Part shown: positions 10,906-24,005 of the stretch, one piece after another
Numbering within the stretch: position 1 is the stretch's first letter
Layout of the letters: each line of letters starts with the position of its first letter
From: Nitrospirales bacterium
Lineage (GTDB): Bacteria; Nitrospirota; Nitrospiria; Nitrospirales; UBA8639
Length of the DNA: 64,000 nucleotides
Assembly: GCA_965203295.1 (NCBI GenBank)
Contig: CBDBCZ010000017.1
Location: 2,336,001-2,400,000 of the forward strand
Direction of reading: 5' to 3'
The notes under the pieces: model-generated
Seen by the model: only the letters and a program-made list of their open reading frames with translations
Told to the model about the DNA's origin: nothing
Databases searched by the model: none
Made by a program: the position numbers and the translations under genes

Positions 10906-11931
10906 AGACGCGCTAGCACTGAATTCATAAATTCCCGGAAGTGAGCAGAGGCTTCGATCGCTAGTACAGACCGTTCACATTTTGATTGAAAGTTTGGTGT
11001 TCCGCCTTGCTTGGTTCTGGAGCTATAACCTTCCAAGGTTTAAATTCTGACATAGCTATGATCAGACAAATGTATGTATTGTCGGACTCCGTTCCATGTT
11101 TCTTCCCTAAAGTAACTTCGCGTGACCTTATTTGGAAGCCCCACTACCATACTGCTGCATGCCAACTTTTCGCCATGGTATCTGCTTTGAGCAGGGAGGG
11201 GTGCTGCTGAATGTAGAGCCGTATCACCCTCTCTGTAGTCGGTCAGAGAATTTCGTCTTTATTTGGTGTAGAGACCCAAAAACACTCTCTAACACTAAGG
11301 ATTTGGATATTGTTGTTAAGTACAGGTGCTTAGCATCACAACAGTGCAAGCCCGATGTTTATACATTGCATGGTTCTCGAGATAGAGAGAGATAGAGTCA
11401 TTTATTTTAAAACTTATGATGCTGAATTAAGGCTTTTAGTGGATGAAATCAGATAAAACAGTTCTATCTCAGGAAGGACACAACGTATAAACAATAGACT
11501 TGAACTTTTGTGTTGCTAAGTGTCTGTACATTCCCATCCTAACATTAGAGAGTGTTGTGGGGTCTCTACACCGAAAAAGAAACAAATTCACTGTCCGATA
11601 GTGGAGAGAGTGACACGTACGTCTCTACATTCAGCAGCACCCCTCAGTGCTCAAAGCAGCTACGATGGCGAAAGGTTGGCATGCAGCAGCATAGTAGTGG
11701 GGCTTCCCAATATATAAAGAAAGGTCACTGGAAGTTACTTCAGGGAGGAAACATGGAACGAAGTCCAATAATACATACATTTGTCTGATCATAGCTTTGT
11801 CAGAATTCAAACTTTGGAAGGCAAACAACGAAGGAACACCAAAATTTCAACTTGAAGTGCGAAGGTTCTGTACTGTCAAGTGAATGCTCAGCCCACTTCC
11901 GATAGTTTACATGCTCAGCGCTAGCGTGTCT
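10906..11931. mobile_element. Foldback-like element with ~385-bp diverged inverted arms
   Basis: Arms ~10906-11292 and ~11545-11931 are reverse complements; near-identical peptides appear in opposite-strand ORFs 10986+ and 11631-. Confidence 0.7.
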
Positions 11932-14004
11932 GATCATCAGTAACTTACTCTACGTGTACATGAACTTCAGAGATGTGTACACATACATATAATCTCGAAG
12001 GATGGTATACATTGCACTCAATTGCATGTGTCTACATGAGCTTCATGAAGGCTCATGAGTGCTTATAGCTTTATGGGTGGATTGTATATAAAGTTCAGAA
12101 TGCCAACTTCACACGAAGCTTCACAACAGGTCTCAATTATCTCATAGGGATATTGTTTTAGCAATGCACTGAGTGGCTGTCTTGTGTGGTTAGTCGCTGC
12201 TAGTTCAAGGAAGTTTCAATTTCTGGGAGCTCTTTTTCGGAAGTATTTTCAACTTCTCAATAATATTCAGACTTACAATACGAAGGATTGAGATCCCTGT
12301 ATCACAACTATTCGCAAGGTTTCCTACATAAATGTACATGTATTTCTGTACATTTCTTTCTACATCTAGTATCGTGTGCCTAGACCAGAACTAATTAATA
12401 CTGTCCTCTCTCTTTATTGTTTCAAGTTGTAGTGCTTTTTACCAGCTGGGTGCATTCAAAGCGTATGATGCCTTCAAGTTTTCTGCATTTTTTTGTCTGT
12501 CTGTCTGTTTGGTGTCTGTATTTCCGCACTTAACACATATTCTATGCAACTGTGCATGTACGTAGTCTACCAGTAGTTTTGAAAGGTTTGTAGACCAAAC
12601 TACAGCAAGTTTAGTCCTAGACAGCCATGCTAATCCTGTTTTAGTAGGTTACAGCTGTTAACTGCAAGTGTACAACAAATCTCAGCCTTAGCCTGTTATA
12701 TGTACATGTACATTTAGTCTGCAGTTGCATTAGTTTGCCCTGTCCTGTTTGTAAAGCTGTTTGATCCTTGGGTGTTTCACTCAACTTCTCAGCTGAAATA
12801 ACACTCAAAATCAGCTAAGAAGGTAGCTTCTCAAGGGTAGGTAGCAGATCTGGCAGACTTGCTACCTACCCTTGAGATGCTAAAGTCGAGTTTAAGTGCA
12901 GTGAGTTCTCTGTATAGTTCTGTGTGGCTAAGAATTACTCATTTCTACTACTTTTAAATGGAAACACTATAGTCTCTTTTGTAGACATCCGGTTACCACT
13001 GAACATGACTGCTGTATTGTGATCGAAACGTTTGGTGTTTGTTTGAGAGAGGCCAGTGTTTCCATCTAGTAGTGTAGTAAGTTGCTTGTGTATATTTAAT
13101 TCTTTGCCTTTTTTTGCAGGCTGAGTATTTGCACTGAGTATTTGCAGCCCCATCTTCATGGTTTGGTTGTATTCCTGAATTAACTGATTCGACTGGAGTA
13201 TTTTGAGAACAGTATAGGCTAAGCAGAGGAAAACTGGTTAGTATCTTGTTGTTTTTCTCGGTTTCTAGGAGTAACTGGAAAAAATTGTTATTGGTGACAT
13301 GTCAAGCAGTGACTGTAGATAGAACATGTATGTATGTAAGCAAACCTTGTGACAGCACACAAAATTTAACTTATGAAGCAATAACATGGTACCTTTGTTT
13401 TATCTGACAAAAGAGTTATAGTCTCCATTGGCCACTCTGCCTCACCGATACTCTGTGATGAAGTGCGCTCATTTGAGGCCATCATAACAATAGATTGTCA
13501 GAGCATTCCAACGGTTGAAACACTGAGAATTTAGTACTCATATGATGACACCACAGTCTTCTTGCCCAATTGCATGCGCGTGATGTCACATCCGGGACGG
13601 ACGGACAAACCAAGTATTGATGTATCAAATAACTGTGGTACCACATGCAACTCTATACATATTGTTTGGGCTGTACTTATTTAATGCAGGCTATTGGCAG
13701 CTTAATTGAGCTGATGAAGCTAATGGGACCATGTTATATTGCACAAGTGAAAATGAAAGTGCTGGCTATCCTATAAGGTACAGTTGTATGGATAGTATTT
13801 TGATGATTAGTTATAAGAGAGTAGTCAATATGGATATGTACGACATGTATTTTGCTGCATGTCTGCTTGCTATAGGCACTGTCTACAACTAGGAGATGAA
13901 GAAATAACTGAATTGACCCTTTCAGCTTGGAACTGTTTCATCCATAGGTAAGCTGTCAGTGAGAGTACATTTTAGAAACACTCAGAACATAGTCTAGCTC
14001 ATTG

Positions 14005-14029
14005 GTGTGTGTGTGTGTGTGTGTGTGTG
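14005..14029 (+). repeat. (GT)n microsatellite
   Basis: Direct read. Confidence 0.9.
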
Positions 14030-17000
14030 GAGATGAAAACACAAAGTAGATAGCTCAATTAATTTCCTTTTTTGTCTTTCATTTGCCCATTGTAGCAACG
14101 TACGATTCATTCTCAGCTACATAAGTCAATCTTGTGCAAAGTATTAGCAAGGTTTCATACATGGGAAAATTATGATGCATTAGGACAAGGTGCAATGGGA
14201 CCTGATCAATTATACTTGCAACACCTTTGTACATACTTGTAGTTTTAGTTTGTACTGACACGTCATAATGGTTTGAACGCAAACTTGGGGGTAGTCAGCT
14301 AAGCTGCTGAACCCACCAGATTCAATCTCTGGCCAGTTGTTTTGTAATAATTTGCTGTGGGGCATGCTCCCAAATTCCCCTAGAAGGATGTGAACTATTC
14401 CAAAAGGATTCCCCATGGTACGATGACACATTACTGTATCACACATTAAATATGTGATCTTCATACATAACGTCAAGATTTTAAGAGTATGGTGTTCTTT
14501 GTTTCCCTCTAGTGTGGAGCTGGAATCCTTGGGCCCCTTGCTGGGTCAGATAGTGGTTACACTCTCTCCTTTTGCTGATCACCACTCAGCAACTGTATCA
14601 AAAATCTTTGACTTTCTTATCATTCAGAACAAGTGAGTACTTGATTTGTGTATTTGTGAAGAACTCCACCAAAATACCAGTAGATACAATGTCATGTATG
14701 TGTTTCAGTATTTGTTGTTTCAATTTTTTTCAGAGAGGTTCTTGGGTCTTTCTTTGATGAGATCTACTTCATGCCAGACGTGCCGTCTCTTGCTTGCATC
14801 AACACTGAGCTTAGGAAACACTCGTATACATCAAAAAGGTATCTTGTTCCAGGACAGAAGTGTTCATGTGAATGGGATGTCATAGGTAGAAGCAGGAAAT
14901 GAGGTCACGGGTTGTTATTCACACTAGTGTGTTCAATTGAGAATTTCTCAGTGCATACATACGTGTGTACATATGTGTGCGTACATATGTGCATGCATGT
15001 TTTCGGCCCACATGCTACATATTGTTTGAATCCATGATTCAATACAACATTTCAGTTCACATATGACATATCCATGATCCAATTCAACTTTTGAAACTTT
15101 TACGAGACTACGCAATGGTTTGCATTCACCTGGTTTGTACAGCTGGTAATTATACATGAATTCTAATTGGAGGTTGATACTGGGAAGCTAGAAGGAACAG
15201 TATAATGGAGCTTAGTAAGCTGATGTTGTTTATATACCACTACCATTACTTGCACTAGAACCCATCATATTGTAGGAGCATGTACTGAATGAGTTGGCTG
15301 GACTTGAGTTGTGCATTAACCCATATACGTAGTTGCTACTATTTTCCTCTTCCAGCCTCCACCAGCAACTACAACATGTCCTAAGAGGGGCATGCCATGA
15401 GCGTTCTGATGTGAGAATGGATGCATTGAAAGCACTACACAGACTGTTGAGATCCAATCGAGTTTAGTTATTTGTATTATGATCAATATATGAACTGTAC
15501 ATACAGTGCATGTTCATGTAAGCTTTAAAACAATTCTTGTTCTGTTTATGCAGGTGGAGTTGGAGAAGTGCATGGTAGGAAGTGACACTGTTGATCCAGT
15601 CATTACAGAGATTGTAACAACAGTAAGTTGATTTCGCTTCATGAAGGAATGAAATTATGTCTATCTGACGTATTCCATACTCAATATTTTGTTCTCAAAA
15701 TTGCTGCTTTGTCCTCAGCTTCTAAAAGGTCCGCGAGGCACTAGTTTTGAGCTTCGAGAAGAGTTGGGAGGTGTCTAGGAGAACTTGGAGCTGTTGATCT
15801 CGGAAAGTATGTGCTGGTATACCACACTTTTGTCATACAATTCTGTATTCTAGGTCAGTGTTGTACTAACTTGCAGCTGCCCAAGGAGTAGCATTCATAC
15901 CCAATACTGTCCTACCCTTGAACCCACCGGAGACGTAATTTTACTGACCAAATTTAGATTAGTGTTATGTCACATTTATGGGGGCGGGTATGTTTTCGGA
16001 TTATGTACTTGCGAGCATCCTGTTAACTGCCTTATGATGCCCCTTACTTGCTTGTGCTTGTGTATAATAATATGCCTGCTGTACATCCCCAGGCTGGATA
16101 TTCCCATGGTGCCAACTTCGAAGACTGTGAAGTACTTTGAGGTATACACGTATACTTGCTTACTAGTGATTTCTATTAGCCTTGTACTCATCTAATAAAT
16201 TCAGGCAGAGGCTGAGTACAATGCATTCTTGTTTTAGTTTGTTCATATAATGAAGGATATACTTTGTTGACATTACATGTATATAAGTATGTGTGATTGT
16301 AGCACAACTAACTTACATGTACGTTTGTACGTAGCTTACAGGCTCTGGTATAATATTGTTGGTGTAATTTGTATCTGCACTTCATTCAAACAGTATTTAG
16401 TACTAGTGCTGTTGTTACGGGAGGTATGCTACAAAACACTGCCAGTGTTTTTGCTGCTGTTTCCATTACAGTTATGCAATGGGATACAGCCTTACTTTGA
16501 TTATGTACATACCTGTAAGTGTAATGGATAAAATGGCTGTTGTCAAGACATGTAGGTGGGTAGCCTTGTATTCAATCGCATTGAAATTGGGAAATGTGTG
16601 TCTGGGTTCCACGTGGATTTCAGTGGGCATGTATCAAGTGACATCTAAATAGTGGGTGTGTACAACAACGTAGTTCACACAGATTATTTACTAATAGCTA
16701 TACTGTGACATTGAGGCGTCCTGTTTAACTTACTTGTGCCTATAGTCCGTTAGTCATGGGCACAATACATGCTATTTAACTACATAGCAGAAGCTATATT
16801 GTTGGGGTGAGCCAGCACGATAATAGTGAATAACAAGAGGTATTCTTGGTTTTTACTGGTCGTTCTAATTGGTGAATTTTTTTCCCGCTGATGAGTGTTA
16901 TTGTAGTCTCTGACAAATGAATCAGGTTAGCTCATGACTACTGACTACATGCAAATTCAGCCACGTTGCAGTGAGCTCACTAACTTGGCAGGCCATATAA

Positions 17001-17298
17001 TTTTACAGGACCAAACCATTTGCAATGGCCCACGAAACTATTCAGTCATGCGAGTAAGCTTGCTATCGTTGATAGACAAAATTAAGCAGCAATATGTGCA
17101 TGCGTGCTCAATGTTTGATAGCAGACAATTAGTAGCCATGGGTGCATGGGTGGAATGGACATCACACAATTGCACCCCTGGCATAAAACCATTACGCATT
17201 GTTTTTGAGAGAAACGTAATATACAGTACAATGTCAGCATTCTAAGACTCATTTAGGCATTTGCTCTTCCTGTCATCAAATTACTTTCCCCTACCCAG

Positions 17299-18628
17299 GT
17301 GAAAAGTGGAACAGTAATTGTCAGTTTACGCAAGAATAAGAAAGACAGGTGGCAGTTCCTTACCCACCGAGAAAAAAAACTAAAGGATGCCAAAGAATAT
17401 GTTGTGGTACATTATTACAGTGTGTGGGGGATTTATAGTGTGTGTGGGAATTAGAGCTGGCTCTACCTACAACTTTGACCTTAGGGAAGTTAGTTGCCCT
17501 TGAAAGTGTTCCTTGGCAGTTTCTGGGACACAACTCCCTACAGCCAATAATGTACGTAAGTTAGAGCCCTCATTTCCAGGCTCTAGCTATTCAAGTGGGC
17601 TGTGTACCTGTTGATACTAATGTGGTTTAACAACAACATAGAGAAGCAGATTTAGATCTGTTCTGGAGTATAAGTACCCAAGTACCAAGCTACAATCCAC
17701 CTCCTGAACCGTAGCACCCAAGCAAATAAAAGTACCCAATGAATATAAGTACCCATCAGACAACTAAATGCAAACTTACCAGTGCAGCAATGTCTTCAGT
17801 GCCATAGATATACTGCAAACCAGTGATGACGGCACTAGGGTCATCAAAATCTCCGGTATAAGCGTACAGTACTTGGATGTGTGGGGATGTTATTACATTT
17901 TGACACATGATGCCAAATGACCCCTGTTGTGTGTGTGTGTGCAAACAGAGTCTACTGTGCATTTTCTCAGTGCAGATTGTGTGGTGTACTTATAATCACA
18001 GGATACTTTTCAACAATGAAAAAATACAGTATTACAACAGCATGCACAATGAAACTGTTTTTGTCTCGACAGTTACTTTTGCAATTTTCGACTTACTGTA
18101 CACTGTGGCCGATGTAGTGCTGTTCTTATAGCCTCATTCCCAGGCTCTCTGCCCAGCTTTTTTTCACACGTAGTAAAACATGCGTGTGAAAAAAAGCTGG
18201 GCAGAGCCTGGGAACGAGGCTACTGTTCTTACACATGGGTGGTCTCTCTTCGCACCGTGAAGTGCATACTCACAAGGCAGTTCTATGTCCCCACGGATGG
18301 CCCGCTCCAAATAGAAGTACCCATACTTATGCTCCAAAGTTTACATTATTAGCATCTCTTTAATAAACTTTTTTACCTCTTGTATGTTAGACTTCATATT
18401 TTAGCTTTTGCTCTAGAACACATAAACTGATTATTCAGTCAGCTGGTATTTTGTCATTGCCGTAAAAAAAACCCTCCAAGGGAATCAACGAAGAAGACCC
18501 TGGAGCAGGCCTGATGAACATGATGAAGCAGGTATCAAGATGGTGATGTTGAAATGAAGAGAACCATCGCTAAGTCGTGGTATGAGTCCAAGCAGAATAG
18601 GATAGCAAAAGGCGAAGGTGAATTTTAA
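17299..18628 (+). pseudogene. CACYBP: Calcyclin-binding protein 3' fragment, copy A
   Basis: Exon VKSGTVIVSLRK..RWQFLT..EKK (17299-17396) and SGS-domain exon DPGAGLMNMMK..DGDVEMKRTIAKSWYES..KGEGEF*; donor GT>AT, acceptor AG>CG and a 2-nt deletion. Confidence 0.8.
18129..18222. mobile_element. Tiny palindromic MITE with 9-bp TSD
   Basis: TAGCCTCATTCCCAGGCTCT...AGAGCCTGGGAACGAGGCTA flanked by CTGTTCTTA twice; paralog at 56704-56791; related ends near 100, 19287, 34882, 42945, 44067. Confidence 0.8.
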
Positions 18629-19158
18629 ACTTGGAAGTTACTGCTTTAATCTGCAAGCTGCATGTTCTGATTCTACACTTTTTCTTGTGCAATGGAACAT
18701 GAGCTGTTTAGTACAATAATTGTAAGTAAATTATGCAACAGGATAATTAGGACTTAATTGTACATTATTATATTATGCATGCCTTGCCATGAGCTGTTTA
18801 TATAGTACACCAGTTCTCATAAAACTTGACAGCAAACTAGAAATGGTAAAACCACTGACTCCTAGGGTAAATGCTTTGATTCAAGAAGTGATCACCTTTC
18901 AGGAGAGGACTTCAAAGCCTAATTAATCACTCACCCACCCATTAGTGTAGTAGGCTTTACTTGCGAAGGTAGTGAAAACTGCCGTAATCATAATATGCCT
19001 AAGTCATAATGCCTCACTCTATATACTTAGACTATGGTATGCATAATCTACTTTGATTTTTTGACTTTAATGAGGTCTCTAAAATCCATTAGACCCCTCA
19101 TCAAAAATTCATATTTCATATAGAGAAATTGAAAGCTGGAAACCATAGTCTAAGCTAG

Positions 19159-19277
19159 TTAGTGATCTCAGATAGGTATCTTAGCTGTTTAGAGACCTTC
19201 AGGATGCTCCTATAATCACCGAGGGCAAAGGTCTTCAGGTCTCTAAAACAGCTAAGATACCTGCCTGAGGTCACTAA
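19159..19277. repeat. ~40-bp-arm inverted repeat
   Basis: Arms 19159-19198 and 19237-19277. Confidence 0.8.
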
Positions 19278-21990
19278 CCTATACTCAACCTCATTCCCAG
19301 GCCATGTGTAAAATTTTGAGCACCTGAGAACAAGGCTACTGTAACCACTGTCTCCAGACATGATGCTGTATTATTAATTAATTACACTGCGGAAGAGTGG
19401 TTTAAAAAAAATAGGAGTGACCCAAGTGAAAAGTGAATGCAAGGTTGCACATTTAATCTTATAACAGACTAATGTGAGTAAATAATTGTAGGTCCTTCTT
19501 ATGAAGGCAGTACATGTACCTACGTATAATAGTCACTGTGAATAAAGCTGTAGCTGTACTTGGTTCTCACAAAGGTGAGGAATACAACGAAGCCATCATG
19601 CAGTGTAATGTAGCTACTGTTGGCCAAGTCTTGTAGCCTTTAAGTATACACGGTTATTACACACACTGTCATATTAACAGTTTTATTTATGGTTCAAGGA
19701 CCTATACATCCCGAGATGAAATAGACTCCAGAATATACTTGAGAGTGTATAGAAGATGCCAAGATGATACAGTGAACAAAGAATCAACTCCAAATACTTT
19801 TGATCTGTATATATGCAGTATAGGTAGTGAGATCACTCACTAACACATGGAGGCTGCAGTCCTCTATTCACAACATAATGAAAATGATGTGCAAAAGAAT
19901 TTTAAAGCACTTTTGTTATAATAGAAGAGACTAGCTGTATTTGATATAAAGAAAGGGTATAGGAAGTCGTGTGGCAGCTGTCTCACTAGTTGACTGAAGT
20001 ATCTGAGCTGGTCCCTCACTAACATCAGTGAAGGTGACAACTGTTTGCAGCCTCACAGGCACCATAGCAGACCCAACAGAGCAGTAGGTACCTCGACACT
20101 GGAGATAGCAGACAGATATATATGTATCATGGTGCAAAATTCGTTCAGCAATCTATTTTTCTTACATGCTACAGATTATCTCAGGGAGACTAGCAACCTG
20201 GTAAGACAGCAGACAGTTACCGACTTGTGGTATACTTGCAAAGGTTGCTGGCAGCTTTCTGCATATCAACGTATTGTTTATCTTTACAAGGTAGTTCTGA
20301 AGCTAGTTTTAGTACATTCAGTTAGCATGCAAATGCTGTATAGCTTTATGGGTTGCTGTAGACACATGGCCTAAGCAACTGGCATCAGCCTAGTTCAACA
20401 AATCAGAGGAAAAAGCAGTACATGTACATACGCTGGTGAAGAAAGGGTGAGTTGTTATTGAGAGTCTTTCATATTGTTGATTAGCTAAAGCCAAATGGAG
20501 CAACTTCTATAATAGAATACATATGTCCAACACAGAGTATTTTTATTTACACCCATCCGTCAACAGCAAATCAGTGTACATGTAATGAGTGCATTGAGTA
20601 TGGAATGGATAGAGATGCCCTTTTAGTTTTCATGTACTTCGTAATGCAAACTTACCAGTGCAGCAATGTCTTCAGTGCCATAGGTAGTGATGACGGCACT
20701 AGGGTCATCAAAATCTCCGGTATAAGCATACAGTACTTGGATGTGTAGGGATGTTATAACATCTTGACACACGATGCCAACAGACCCCTGTTTTGTGTGT
20801 GTGCAAACAGAGTCTTCCTGTTAGTATGTCAGTTCCTTTATTAATGCTGGGGATAACTAGTCTACAATGATGAATGCATTACCAATACTGATCACAGTAA
20901 ACTCATGCATACATGCAGTGTCACACAAGCACATAACTAATAAATAATGAAAGCACTGAAGTGTAAACCTCACCCAGCATTTTTAGACTATAAATGTCAC
21001 GTACATTTTGGTTAAAGGCTAGTCCCGTATGCTACCACTAAAAGTGGTGGCTTTTATGATGTATATGATTGGTTCCGCCAAGCAAACGGTAATTGCTAGC
21101 ACAATATTCAAAACTATGTCATTCAGAGGTCGAAGTACATAATGGCCGACAGCTCAGTTTGTGCAGCTTAGTTATATACACGAGCAGACGGAGATGCAGC
21201 GTTTGATGTACCAGTAGCCTGTACAGAAAGTAGCCTGTACAGAAGCAGACCACTGCGGGCATAGCCTAGTAACAGGCATTGTGCATTAAATATGCTACAA
21301 GCAAACTCACAACCGCCAGAAGAATGTTGTTTTGCTACAAGCAAACCCACAAAAATGCTGTTCGAGAATAGAAGCACGTGTAGTCATGTAAAGAGCTAGA
21401 GCCCTACGTGCTACCCCGTGACCCATTAAGGGGTGTGGTTTGCCACATCAAAAGCCTACTTCTAGAGCTATTCATGTACATGTAAACTCAACAGATGATA
21501 TTTTTCCTATTGATGTAGTGGTTCACTAAGTTAGCCTATAATTACTACTTTGAGAAGGATTTGTACCCAGGCTTCCTCTCCACCTCTTTTGTACAGTGCC
21601 TAAAAGCTGGGAGAGGAGCCTGCATGGATGAGTTTATGATAAATGGATTGGTTGCCTTATAGTGTAATAAATTTTTACAGCATTTAAATGTTGTGGGTTT
21701 GTAACTGGGTCAAGATAAGACTTTCTGGAGCCATAGTGATCACAAGGATAACAGTCTCATTTCCATGAATTAGCTATGACGATATTCTTAGCTGATTCAG
21801 TTTTACCAGCCAATGTACATTTAATAAGTATCCACATTTGCAGTCCAGCTGTAAAAATCAAGGCTGTCAGGCAGCACATTGTATGACAATCAACTTGACT
21901 GCATGGCCTAGCTGGGAACAATATAATCCTTGTCCATTGCTTAACACCCAATATTATTCTTCCCTCTCTCCTCCACACAGCCTCACTAAC

Positions 21991-23191
21991 CTGGTAGAAG
22001 TCTCTGTATGTCTCCATCTCGAGCTGTAATGGAGGCCGGCTCCCTGGTCCCCCATATGTTTCAAGCTGTGAGGAGAACTGCTCCACAGTGCCAACGAAAT
22101 CTGGGTCATCAAACATCAGCCTGGAAGGGTCTGAAAAGAAAACAGCTTACAAAGTTGTAATTAAGAACAGTTTGCAACCCCCCAAAAAAGAGAAAAATAC
22201 AAATGTATTTAAAGGACAACAGTGAAATCCCTCTATTGTGGACACCTTGGGGACATGGTATAGATAGGTGTCCACATTTCAGGGGTAAATTCATATTATT
22301 AAGATGGGACATAGCAAAGTGTCCTTAATATAGAGGTGTCCATAATTCAGGGATATCCTTTATGAGGGGATCCACTTAATTTATAAGGGGAGACAGTGAC
22401 TATAGTTTTTACTTGCGAGTTCTAAGGTTGATTCTGAAAACCGATTTTGAATTCTCTATTTGCTATAGCCTTGTAAATTTTTTGAGGGTGGGGGGCTTCA
22501 TATATGAGAATTTAATGTCCTGTATCACTTACTGCGATCCCTCTGCACACAAAATGCTCCGGGATTTGGACATGAACACGAGTGAAGAGAAGAGCGTAGG
22601 ATGTCATCTGACTCGAGGTATACTTGGTCCACTGGGCTTTAGGGACAAACAGTGGAGCAGTACAGCAAATTCATAAGCAAATCTATTTGCCCGAAAACAC
22701 ATCACAGTAGTATCAGCTATTTGTAACATCATCATTTAAACTGGGAAAGGTATATATGGTGTAAATATCATGTTACGTAAACAGTGAAATTGAGGGGGTC
22801 TACATATTTACAGCCCTGTAATTATAAACCCTCAGGGCCTGTTGGTTTTAGATCCCTATAAGACATTTATACTAAATTGGTTCTCACAATAGCAACAATT
22901 AAGCTGGCTAACTGTGAGACGACTCTAATCTCGAGTTTTCCAGCCACCAACAACAGCTTCACTGTTGGAACCTAAATTCAGAAACTGATTCACAGACTCA
23001 TCATGACATCATGGAGACCTATCTCAGCTGCTTTTGAGTGCAGCACTACTAGCAGTGGCAAGTGGGCAATTGTGCTAGAATTAGCGCTCTCAAATGTACG
23101 TAAGTCACCTGAAGATCCAAAGGAACTTTGTCCCGAAACTAGCTACCTGCAATACAACTAGGGCCAGGCCGCACCCACATACACCATCCAT
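21991..23191 (-). pseudogene. Unidentified spliced gene fragment (3 phase-compatible exons), copy A
   Basis: Exons 23191-23109, 22682-22533, 22120-21991 with GT/AG ends splice in frame (MDGVCG..WIFR FAYEFAV..EGSQ LMFDDPDF..RDFYQ); one internal TGA. Confidence 0.5.
22219..22375. mobile_element. Decayed CAGTG-ended MITE
   Basis: CAGTGAAATCCCTC...GAGGGGATCCACT ends; internal GTGTCC repeats; paralog at ~58808-58973. Confidence 0.55.
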
Positions 23192-23890
23192 CACAACCGA
23201 TGACCCGCCCCTTTGCCATCATCCAGGCGATAAACAATTAATGTTCCGTACCGATGCGCAACTTGTACTTGTCCGGTTACGCAACGCAACCCGACGCCGG
23301 TTGCGTAAAACCGTATACACCTCCACGTGGTCGATCGAACTTGCAGACTACTTGCAGGACCAGAGACGGTATGCAGTGGCTTGCACTGTGTGGGCAACTC
23401 GAAATCAGGAAACAATTTAGTATGGAGTTGTCTTTGGCCAGATCTGCGAGCAAGTGAGTCCTTAGATTTAGGGATTGGTACGACTTATTTCTGCATGAAC
23501 GTGCGCTCTCATCAGCTATCAATCCGTAATATTTCTTTGGCTGCACTATAATAAATCGTAGGTGGATGCTAAATAGTCTCGTTTCCAGACCCTCTGCGCG
23601 AACCCCACGGATTTCTCACGCGGATCCTTGGAGTGTTGAAAATTTCATCTGTACTTTAATAAGTATGATGTAATTTCCGTAAAAAAAAAATTGCCACCAT
23701 GTGTTCATTTGTTTACGAGTCGGACAGTGCGTGGTTAGCCTGCATACACCATATGTGATATCTGTGGACGGGGGGTTGTTCATGGTGATGCTGTGGTACT
23801 CCGTCCCTGCTTCCTGTGCAAAAGAGAGATTGCTAACTGCCGTGACTGCCGGATTCTTTATGGTGACTCGCAGCCACCAAGCACTTCCTA

Positions 23891-24005
23891 CCGGTGTACG
23901 CGCAATATTGGGACCCCCCAAAATGGGGACCCCCGGTCCCCATATCACTAGAGATATGGGGACCGGGGTCCCCGAAATTTCTAGCGATATGGGGACCGAG
24001 GGGCC
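23891..24005. mobile_element. Probable DNA-transposon end with ATATGGGGACC/GGTCCCC subterminal repeats
   Basis: Cluster of direct and inverted GGGGACC motifs after CCGGTGT; paralog at ~60490-60605. Confidence 0.45.

Larger units (their letters stand above)
10458..16141 (+). pseudogene. ATR: ATR kinase partial copy 1 (UME/HEAT region exons)
   Basis: AG/GT-bounded exons 10458-10640, 13690-13777, 13876-13947, 14513-14632, 14734-14838, 15356-15461, 15554-15622, 15719-15806, 16093-16141 give LMKLMGP, SAWNCF, IFDFLIIQN, EIYFMPD, SDTVDPVI, CLGELGAVD, colinear with metazoan ATR as recalled; TAA at 13774-13776 and a 1-nt frameshift in 15719-15806. Confidence 0.85.
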
